A stretch of DNA of 64,000 nucleotides from a virus. A model generated the notes under the pieces. That model saw nothing but the letters and a program-made list of their open reading frames with translations. It had not been told where the DNA came from and did no database searches. The position numbers and the translations under genes are program-made. The DNA lies in IMG/VR virus record IMGVR_UViG_3300045988_114464, positions 1 to 64,000 of that record. The stretch is one strand, 5' to 3'. This document shows positions 53,418 to 61,900 of this stretch, one piece after another. Within the stretch, counting starts at the first letter, position 1, and every line of letters starts with the position of its first letter.

Positions 53418-54717
53418 TTGGTGACAATTAAGTACCGAGTGTTTAATGCTTTGAAAATGCCCTAAAGCCCTTTTACCCAAACAGTAGTTGGAAACAACAA
53501 GCTGAGTGGTTATAAAAAGTAAAGGGATTGATTTTATTGACTTTTAAGTATTATTATGATATAATATAAGAAAGGGGATGATAAAATTTGCTGTTAAAAG
53601 ATAATTTAGTTGAAATGAAATGGCATCCAACTAATAGAGTTAAATATGCAACTCGTGGTTATAAATTTACCGCTTTTGGCGAAAAGTTTTATGCAAAAGC
53701 GAGTGATGTACTTGAGTTAAGTAGTGGTGCTAAAATTCCTGTGCAATGCGATTATTGTGGCAAAATTTATTATCCTACTTCTCGTAATTATGAGAAATCA
53801 CAGTTACGAAAAGAGAAAGATTGTTGTGTTGCTTGTAAAGGTAAAGAAATTCGCGCAACCGTACAAAAGAAATATGGTGTTAATAATGTAGTAGAGTTGG
53901 ATGAAGTACGCATGAAGATGAAAGAAACTTGTCTTTCAAAATATGGTACTTCTTCTCCGCTTGAGAATAAAGAAATTTTTCAGAAAACACAAGATAGTTT
54001 TAATTCTCATTATGGAACAGAAAACGGTATTAAAGATTTGCGTTCTGTTCCAGAAATTGCTACAAGAATTGAGAATACTAATATTTCTAAGTATGGTGGC
54101 AAAGCACCAATATGCTCTTCTAAAATTAGGAACAAAATCAACCAAACAATGTATGAAAACGGAACTTGCAAAACTTCAGAAAAACAACTGTTATTGAATC
54201 AAATGGTAATTGATTTATACGGTAATTCTGAGTTGAATTATCCTTGCGATAAAGTGTCTTTGGATTGCATGACGATTGTCAATGGAATTAAAATTGACAT
54301 TGAATATGATGGTTGGTATTGGCATAAAGACAAACAAGAAGAAGATAAGCGCAGAGATTTCTTTGTAGAGTCTAAAGGTTATAAAGTTATTCGCTTTATA
54401 GCTTATGAAAACAGACTCCCTACCGAAGAAGAATTACGCAACGCAATTCATAAAATTACAACAACAAGTAGAAAATTTACTAAAGTCAAATTAAATAAAA
54501 TCTAATGGGTAGTTTAGCAGGGAAAGTCCTAAGTCTATAAAGATATGGAAAACCCCCAACGACTATCTCTTGGCGAGAGAGTAAGCTACAAGCTAATGGT
54601 AGCTGAAAAATCCTCCCCTCTTTGTAGAGGTGAACAAATAGTCTGAACATCTATCGAAAAGATAGAGCAGTTCTTTAAGAACGGCATAGGGAGTTGCGTC
54701 CTTATGTGAACATATTG
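53406..54717 (+). mobile_element. group I-like intron 2 carrying a homing endonuclease gene (boundaries approximate)
   Basis: Blocks 53441-53515, 54506-54540 and 54545-54612 are homologous to intron 1. Internal promoter TTGACT 53537-53542 / TATAAT 53560-53565. The endonuclease gene sits between block i and block ii, unlike in intron 1. Confidence 0.65.
53588..54505 (+). CDS. intron-encoded homing endonuclease (paralog of 48030..48920)
   Basis: MLLKDNLVEMKWHPTNRVKY parallels MLVPNQYITVNWHPRNKVHL. C-terminal KIDIEYDGWYWHKDKQEEDKRRDFFVESKGYKVIRF. Confidence 0.7.
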   Translation: MLLKDNLVEMKWHPTNRVKYATRGYKFTAFGEKFYAKASDVLELSSGAKIPVQCDYCGKIYYPTSRNYEKSQLRKEKDCCVACKGKEIRATVQKKYGVNNVVELDEVRMKMKETCLSKYGTSSPLENKEIFQKTQDSFNSHYGTENGIKDLRSVPEIATRIENTNISKYGGKAPICSSKIRNKINQTMYENGTCKTSEKQLLLNQMVIDLYGNSELNYPCDKVSLDCMTIVNGIKIDIEYDGWYWHKDKQEEDKRRDFFVESKGYKVIRFIAYENRLPTEEELRNAIHKITTTSRKFTKVKLNKI

Positions 54718-54719
54718 CA

Positions 54720-55604
54720 ATGTTTAATCTTCAGTACGTTGCCGCAAACCTTGGTGTAAACCTTGAGCAAGGCGGTCTATCCGTAACTGAAGAAGAACTA
54801 ACTGTTGGCGCAGTTGGTGGCGCAGTAACACTAACTAACAAGCCAATCGCATTCTCTGGTTCTTATATCGGCTGGTATAAGAAGCCTTCTGACGCTGATT
54901 GGACTATTGGTACTATTGACGCTGACCAGAAGAAGATGAATATTGCTGGTGCAAAGGAAAATGAGCACTATTGTGTTAAGTATTTCTATCAGAATGAGAA
55001 CGCTAAGTCTATTACTATTAAGGCTCAGTTCGTTCCAAAGGTGCTACACCTTGTTCTGATTAACGACCTATTCTCTGGTTCTACCGCTGATGTAGCGGCT
55101 TCTACTTCTAAGTATGGTCGTCTAATTACCGATATTCCTCAGTTCCAACTCGATGGCGCACAAAATCTGGCATGGGCGGCAGCTTCTGCGGCAACCGTTT
55201 CTCTGTCTGGTAAGGCACTGGCATATTCTGATACCGAGTCTTGCGAAGTAGACCCAGTATACGGTACTATGACTCAAGAGATTTTTGGCGCTAAGTGGCA
55301 GGATGATGTTGTAGCACTCGCTTGCGAGAACGCTGAGATTGACCTTGCTGAATCTGGTACTGAAACTCTGATTGTTCGTGCGGTATTCGGTGGCGCAATT
55401 GCTTCTCAGCGCAAGGAAAACTCCAACTTTACCTTTGCTATTGTAGATGCCCCTGCTTCTACTGCAACTGGTACTACTGTTGGTGCTAATACTGGTATTG
55501 TAACTGCTGGTACTACTGCTGGCACTGCTGTAATTTCTATTACACTTACCAATTATCCGAACGTACCACCCGCATACGCTACCGTAACCGTAACTGTTGG
55601 TTAA
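54720..55604 (+). CDS. major tail (tube) protein candidate, exon 2, with C-terminal Ig-like domain
   Basis: This frame is open from 54690. (M)FNLQYVAANLG... and the C-terminal FTFAIVDAPASTATGTTVGANTGIVTAGTTAGTAVISITLTN...ATVTVTV look Big_2-like. Confidence 0.5.
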   Translation: MFNLQYVAANLGVNLEQGGLSVTEEELTVGAVGGAVTLTNKPIAFSGSYIGWYKKPSDADWTIGTIDADQKKMNIAGAKENEHYCVKYFYQNENAKSITIKAQFVPKVLHLVLINDLFSGSTADVAASTSKYGRLITDIPQFQLDGAQNLAWAAASAATVSLSGKALAYSDTESCEVDPVYGTMTQEIFGAKWQDDVVALACENAEIDLAESGTETLIVRAVFGGAIASQRKENSNFTFAIVDAPASTATGTTVGANTGIVTAGTTAGTAVISITLTNYPNVPPAYATVTVTVG

Positions 55605-55664
55605 TCTGAATAGGGAGGAAGGTTATTCCTTTCTCCCTATTTTTTCATAACAGGAGGTAACATT

Positions 55665-55961
55665 ATGTGTGAATATACTAATGGTAATTTGTGCAAAGTT
55701 ACCAATTCTGTTTGTCCTTATATGATGTACTGCGAAAAAATTCAAGGATATAAGCCGTCAAGATATATGCCTGACGATTGTCCACAAAAGATAAAAGCCC
55801 AAATTCCTGCTGGCTATCGCAGAGTTATTCAAGAACGAAAAGGCAAACTTTATATTGAAATTGGAGAACAAGCAGTTATTGTTCCAAATCCTTTTGACCA
55901 CGTTCCACTTTATGTCAAAGCGACAAAATTAAAGAATGGAACATGGCGATTAAAGGAATGA
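55665..55961 (+). CDS. small Cys-rich protein
   Basis: 98-aa ORF with C..C..C...C in its N-terminal part. Confidence 0.45.
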   Translation: MCEYTNGNLCKVTNSVCPYMMYCEKIQGYKPSRYMPDDCPQKIKAQIPAGYRRVIQERKGKLYIEIGEQAVIVPNPFDHVPLYVKATKLKNGTWRLKE

Positions 55962-55976
55962 TGGGAGGGTTGCTAA

Positions 55977-56357
55977 ATGGCAGATGACATCGGTATCTTA
56001 TATCATAAGGTGAACGACCTGTCTGAACGAGTGACAGAATTAGAAAGCACCCGACCGTTTATGCAGGAAATGATAGAGAGAGAAATTAAAGTAAGTGAAA
56101 AATTAGATGCTACTCTTGACGCTGTTCAGTTGTCTATGGTGCAAATGAATGTAAAGATGGACGAACAATCAAAGGCGATTGAAATGTTGCAGAAAAATTC
56201 TGCGGAGTCTAATAAAAAATTAAACAATCGACTTGACGACCTTGAAGAAAGAGGACAATTTGATTTCTTAACTTATATTAAAACAAATTTGCCAACAATT
56301 ATTCTTACTGGTATAGTTGTTGGTGCTTATGTTGCAAAACATTTTAATCTCTTGTAA
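55977..56357 (+). CDS. coiled-coil protein with C-terminal transmembrane anchor
   Basis: C-terminal LPTIILTGIVVGAYVAKHF. Confidence 0.5.
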   Translation: MADDIGILYHKVNDLSERVTELESTRPFMQEMIEREIKVSEKLDATLDAVQLSMVQMNVKMDEQSKAIEMLQKNSAESNKKLNNRLDDLEERGQFDFLTYIKTNLPTIILTGIVVGAYVAKHFNLL

Positions 56358-56380
56358 TGAAAGAAAGGAACTAAAAGGAA

Positions 56381-56803
56381 ATGGCAATTATTCCAGAAAA
56401 AGAAACTACATATCTTGATAAGTACGGTGTTACCGTCAATCGTTATCTGACTTATGCTCAGATTCAGCAAATTGCTGAATCAACTATGAAATTCCATACT
56501 TGGGCTGAACGTCAACAGAATATTGATATGCTAATTCTTGTTCATGCTACGGATATGACCGTTGAAGAAATTGAGAAGCATACACATGACGAACTTTTGC
56601 AGTGTAGCCTTATTGATGAAGTAATGTTTCATGTTGACAACGTTTATAGGATTTATGACGCTCTTGAATATCATGAATCTACTCAGCGTGCGCTTGCTCA
56701 AATTCTTGGGGAAATCAACAAGTTTATGGATACACCTGTTGGGAAGAATGTAGTGCAGAAATTTGCACGCAAGGCAATGAACGATGGCGATAACAAGCAT
56801 TGA
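56381..56803 (+). CDS. tail assembly chaperone candidate (by position)
   Basis: 140-aa ORF upstream of the tape measure gene. Confidence 0.35.
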   Translation: MAIIPEKETTYLDKYGVTVNRYLTYAQIQQIAESTMKFHTWAERQQNIDMLILVHATDMTVEEIEKHTHDELLQCSLIDEVMFHVDNVYRIYDALEYHESTQRALAQILGEINKFMDTPVGKNVVQKFARKAMNDGDNKH

Positions 56804-57233
56804 AGCCTTAATGTCAATATGCGCTCCTGCAATTCAAAGCGCGTTAAAGTATACAGTGGAAAAGATTAAAGAAAAGAATGAGCAAGTTGTTAATCAGATA
56901 GTATATGCTGTTTATTCACCTCAAATGTATCCTCGTACTTTTGAATTACGAGAAGCATGGAAAGGCGAAGCCAATGCTTCTGGTGCAAGCGGTCATGCAA
57001 CGTTTGAATATGACCCAAGCAAGATTAGTGCTCATTCTAATTTAACTGACGAAGCTGTTCCTTATTTGGCAGAAATTGTATATCAAGGTCTGGCGGGTAA
57101 GATTTACGGTGAAGGCGCTTGGACACAGGCTCGTGACGCATGGCAAGCCCTATTAGACGCTTGTAGTGAAGATGCTATTAAAGAATGGTTTTATCAAGGC
57201 TGTAGACAAGCAGGATTGCCAATAGAAAGATAA
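56784..57233 (+). CDS. hypothetical protein (second chaperone-position ORF)
   Basis: Overlaps the previous ORF by 20 nt in the +1 frame. I could not identify a slippery site. Confidence 0.35.
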   Translation: MAITSIEALMSICAPAIQSALKYTVEKIKEKNEQVVNQIVYAVYSPQMYPRTFELREAWKGEANASGASGHATFEYDPSKISAHSNLTDEAVPYLAEIVYQGLAGKIYGEGAWTQARDAWQALLDACSEDAIKEWFYQGCRQAGLPIER

Positions 57234-57264
57234 AATAAGGTATAGTACAGAATTGAGGATAACT

Positions 57265-57798
57265 ATGGTTTATTGTGGTATTGATGCTTCAACCACTGCG
57301 GTAGGGTGGAGTATATTCAATGGTACTGACCTTATTGATTATGGGTGCTTTAGACCTAATGGTGATGATTGGCGCGACCGCACTCAGCAAATCGCGCCTT
57401 TCATTAAGCAACTATTAGAAAAGTATCATGTTAATAAGGTGATATTAGAAGATGTTCCTTTAATGGGTAAGCGAGGTAATAAAACCTTGGTTATCCTTGG
57501 TGCTGTGCAAGGAATGTTATTAGGAGTAACATCTTCTATGAATATTCCTACCGAGTTTATTTTACCAAGCGCGTGGAGAAGTCCGATTGGACTTTTTGAT
57601 GGTACGAAAGCTGGTACTCGTAGGGATGAAATGAAAAGAAAGTCAATAGAAAAAGCAAATGAACGATTCGGTCTTGAACTAAAGTGGGTGTCGCCTTGTA
57701 GTAAGAAGAACGATGACGATATTGCTGACGCTATTCTGGTAGCATACTCACAGATAAGCAAAGTTCGCTTTGTCAAAAACCCAAAAGTGAAGGAGTGA
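57265..57798 (+). CDS. ruvC: RuvC-like Holliday junction resolvase
   Basis: VYCGIDASTTAVGWSIF, VILEDVP and NDDDIADAILVAY give the catalytic acidic residues in RuvC order. Confidence 0.65.
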   Translation: MVYCGIDASTTAVGWSIFNGTDLIDYGCFRPNGDDWRDRTQQIAPFIKQLLEKYHVNKVILEDVPLMGKRGNKTLVILGAVQGMLLGVTSSMNIPTEFILPSAWRSPIGLFDGTKAGTRRDEMKRKSIEKANERFGLELKWVSPCSKKNDDDIADAILVAYSQISKVRFVKNPKVKE

Positions 57799-57802
57799 GT
57801 TT

Positions 57803-58384
57803 ATGGCAGATTTTAAGATTTCTATTGATACTGAATTAAAAACTTCGCAAATTGATTCACAAATTAGTGAAATAAAATCTAAACTTGAAAATGCGGTTAA
57901 GGATGTTCCTTTAAGTATTAACTTAAATCAAGTAAATAATCAGATTGATGATTTACAAACACGTTTAAGAACCGCGTTTGACAATATCAACGCAAACGTC
58001 AACTTCGGCAATGCTACACAACAAGCAGAGCAATTAGGGCAAAACTTGAGAACTGCTGGTGATAACTTTAATAGTATCGGTAGTGGCGGTGGTGGTAATA
58101 ATGCAAATAACCAATTATTGCAATTAACACAAGGTGCTCAAAATGCTTCTGAGCAAATTCGTGAAACAGCGACCGCAGTTGAAGAATCTACGCTTTCTTA
58201 TCAAGAGTGGAACGTTGTTCTAAACGCTTGTATTGATACTATTAAAAGTTTTGCAGAACAAACTTTTGAAATGGACTCTGCTCTTACAGATTTTAAGAAA
58301 GTATCTGATTTAAGCGGAGATAGTCTAAATCAATATGTAGATAAATTACAAGACCTTGGTTCTACCGTTGCTCGTACTGGCTAA
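57803..58384 (+). CDS. tape measure protein, exon 1
   Basis: Coiled N-terminal 190 aa ending ...LQDLGSTVART(G). Continues at about 58966 in another frame. Confidence 0.7.
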   Translation: MADFKISIDTELKTSQIDSQISEIKSKLENAVKDVPLSINLNQVNNQIDDLQTRLRTAFDNINANVNFGNATQQAEQLGQNLRTAGDNFNSIGSGGGGNNANNQLLQLTQGAQNASEQIRETATAVEESTLSYQEWNVVLNACIDTIKSFAEQTFEMDSALTDFKKVSDLSGDSLNQYVDKLQDLGSTVARTG

Positions 58385-58965
58385 TAATAACCAGAGTGTA
58401 TAGATGGTAAATATGCACTGAGAAGTGTTCAAAACCCTTGAAAGCCTAAGAGCCTTACTACCACAACATAAGGATGAGATACGCCTAAGTGTGACGGTAT
58501 GGAAACTCAAAAAACAGTAAGGATGATATATGGTGGAAACGCCTAAGTATTGATATAAATATTGTATAGTGTTGATATAAAAATGTCAATAGTGTAAAGT
58601 ATTTATATAAAATGGCAGTTTGGGCGCGAAGTCCTGATGAGGGATGTGTCAACAGAGTAAAAGTTCACTTCCCTCCAAAATATATAGGGAAAAGAAGTAT
58701 TCGGGCTGTAAGAGAAATCTTATAGAATTATCTTGACAACGCTAAATAATATGATATAATAGGCTTATAAAAGGAGTTGAATATCATGGAGATTATTAAG
58801 ACGTTGGCTGAATGTTTTGCCGTTCAGTGTTTCTTCTGGCTTATTGGCGGTACGGTTAATTATTTCCGTACTGGCAAGTTCTTTATTGTACATTATAAGG
58901 CACAAAGGAATGATGAAAAATCTAAGGAGATTTATTCTAAAAGCTGGTGGGATAAAAGATAACTG
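58379..58965 (+). mobile_element. group I-like intron 3 with a small ORF (boundaries approximate)
   Basis: About 590 nt of noncoding sequence plus ORF between two halves of one tape measure gene. Internal promoter TTGACA 58733-58738 / TATAAT 58755-58760. Confidence 0.55.
58786..58962 (+). CDS. intron-borne small ORF (58 aa, hydrophobic N-terminus)
   Basis: AAAAGGAG SD followed by MEIIKTLAECFAVQCFFWLIGG.... No nuclease motif recognised. Confidence 0.4.
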   Translation: MEIIKTLAECFAVQCFFWLIGGTVNYFRTGKFFIVHYKAQRNDEKSKEIYSKSWWDKR

Positions 58966-61900
58966 TCGGAAATGGTAGAAGGTGCGACTGAGTTCCGCAA
59001 AAACTCTTTCAATGATGAAGATTCTGCGAACTTAGCGCAAGTTTCAGCTATGTTTCAAAACGTAGCGGATGAATCACTATCTGCTGGTGATTCTGCTTCG
59101 TTTATTATCGCACAAATGAAAGCGTTTGGCATTGAAGCTGACAATGCCATCCATATCGTAGACGCGGTGAACGCCGTTTCTAACAATTTTGCGGTTTCAT
59201 CTGGCGACCTCGCTACGAACCTTGGTAATATGTCTGCCGCACTTGCAGTAGGTAATAATACATTTGAGCAGTCTTTGGCAATGCTTACGGGTATTACCGA
59301 AGTTACTCGTAATGCGTCTAAGGGTAGCCGTGCGTTGGTGTCCGTGCAGAGCCGTCTTAACCAAGTCGTTGATGAAAGTTCAAGCACAGGTCAAAAATTA
59401 ACTAATTGGTATAATGACCATAATATTGCGATTTATGACCAAGAAGGCGAATTAAGAAGTCTGTATGAAATCTTAGGTGACGTTTCTAAACAGTGGGACG
59501 GACTATCTAAGAATGAGCAGTCTTATTTTCTAAACATACAAGCGGGTGCAAATCAGTCTCAGAACCTTGCTTCACTTCTCTCAAACTGGGATTCTGTAGT
59601 AAAGGCTCAAGATGTAGCACTTAATTCCGCAGGTTCAGCCGCAAAGGAAAATACGGCATATATGGACAGCCTTGAGTCCAAGGTTGCGGCTCTAAAGGCT
59701 TCTTTCCAAGAACTTGCTAACGCTGTAATTACCAAAGAAATGGTATCAGAAGTGTTGAATTTGGTCAACGCTTTTACTAAACTTGCTGATACTGGTGTAG
59801 GTAGAGCAATTATTAAATTTGCGCTATTCTCTACTACCATGAGAGCGGCTTCTGCTATTTTTGGCAATACGGCAAGAGTATTGCTTCAGATGTTCACAGG
59901 CATGAGCACTGGACAAAGAACCATTACTGAGTTGATGAATGCTGGCGGTAGAATTGGTTCGATATTCACCAATTTGATGGGTATTTTTAACGATGTTCGT
60001 ATGTCTGCTTCTGGTATGGCTGGACCGATGACAGCTTCTTCCAGTGCGTTGTCAGGAATGGCTTCATCTGCACTTTCGGCTCTTACTTCGCTAAATCCAC
60101 TTGCGATTGGCATAGGTGCTGTTGTTGCCGCTGGCGCTGGGCTTGCAATAGCTATTAAACATTATGCTAATGAAGAAAAGAATCTTCAGAAGTCAGTAGA
60201 CGAACATAAAAATTCTGTTAGTGATATTCAAAGTCAAATTGACGAATACAATTCGACCCTTGAATCTAACAAACAACGTCTTGAAGAAATCAATTCCTTA
60301 AAGGGTACTTCAAAGTGGAATGGCGAACTTGAAAATGAAGCAAACACGCTTGAACGCCAAAATACTCTTATCGAAAGACAGATTACTCTACAAGAGCAAA
60401 AGCTAAAGGCAGAGCAAGCCGCACTTTGGCAAGAACAATCTAAGTTGTTTGATAAGCAGTATGGCGATAAAATGCGCTATACTACAAAGCAACAAAATCT
60501 TCGTGGTGAAGAAGTATCTGTTACTCTTACTGGCGAAAAAGCCTATAAACAAAAATTAACAGATTTACAAACAACTATCCATAAGTTTACACAAACACAA
60601 AATCTTGATTATAAAGAAGCCGCTACTGAAGCTGAAAGTTCGATTCTATCAATTATTTCTGAACTTGAAGAATATAAAGAAGCGGCTGTATCTGCTGGCG
60701 ATACTACTAAAGCTGATTACATTCAATCTTTAATTGATTTGGCTGAAGCCAGTGATTCTGTAAGCGGTGGTACTATTGGTGATGCACTTGACGGCGATTC
60801 AAAAGCAATGGAGAACGCCGCCGATAAAGCAGAACAATTACACGACCGTATAGTAAATCTTGCACAAGATTTGGGAACAACTGTTGCTCAACTTGGCATT
60901 AAAGCTAAAGACGCTTTTTCTACAGAAGAATGGTTGGAAAAACTTGACCCATCTTCTTTGAACAATCTTGAGCAAATACTAAATCTGATAGGCGACCGTG
61001 CGGGTTGGCTTGGCTCACAGCTTAGCAATATGTCAACAGAAGAAACCGTCACTTATCTATCAGAAGTTATGCGCCGATTTACTGGTGCTGTGCAAGACGC
61101 TACTGGCGCTTATGATGAATTTGACAAGGCTTTAGAAACAGATTTTGCAAAGCCTTTGCAACAAATGAATGAAATGGCTGACTACATTGAGCAGTCAGAT
61201 AAACATGGCATTCAGAATATGCAAGCGTATAACAAGGCTTTGGAAGGCGTATACGGTACAACTGATAAGAATATTATTGCGCTTCAAGACCAGAAAGCCG
61301 CTATGTCGGATTTCCGTACAACTACGGTTGAAACGGCTACTGCTCTTGATAATATGAAAGCCTACTATGATTCAGCGGGTAATTTCTTAGGCGATAAACT
61401 TCTTAAAAATATTGAGCAAATTTCCAAAAACAAGGACAAGTTTGGCGACCTTGTTAATTTTGAGAAATTTGATGACGGCACTTTCAAAGTAGCTGTTAAG
61501 GATTTTGGCGACCTTGCGGACGCTCTTGGTATAACTCAGCCAATGTTGAGCAGTTTTATGGAAGCCCTTGGTGGTTCTGTAGACTTCCAAATGGGGGACA
61601 CCTTAAATGCCGCTCAAGCCGCTATTCAAGATATTCATGACGCTGTTTCTAATACAGATGCAGGTGGTATTTCAGACCTACTAAATAAACTTGGTAGTGC
61701 TGACCCCACGAATATTAAGAATAGAGTGCAAGATTTACAAGCGCTTAATGATAAACTTAATGACCTTTCATCCTATACAAATGTACCTTTTGATTTTGAC
61801 TTTAGTAAATTAGAAGGTCAAGATTTTACTGATGCCGCAAAGCAAGTTGAAGGTTACGCAAATGCACTTAAAACCTTTACTACGGATTCTGGTTCTTGGG

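Noticed and set aside
56784-56803. Programmed frameshift joining the two chaperone-position ORFs.
   Set aside because: The second ORF is in the +1 frame rather than the usual -1 frame, it has its own ATG, and I found no slippery heptamer in the overlap.
58634-58641. CTGATGAG (hammerhead-like core) inside intron 3, and CTGACGAG at 16559-16566.
   Set aside because: There is no properly placed stem II followed by GAAA, and no stem I/III arrangement. I judge these to be chance matches.
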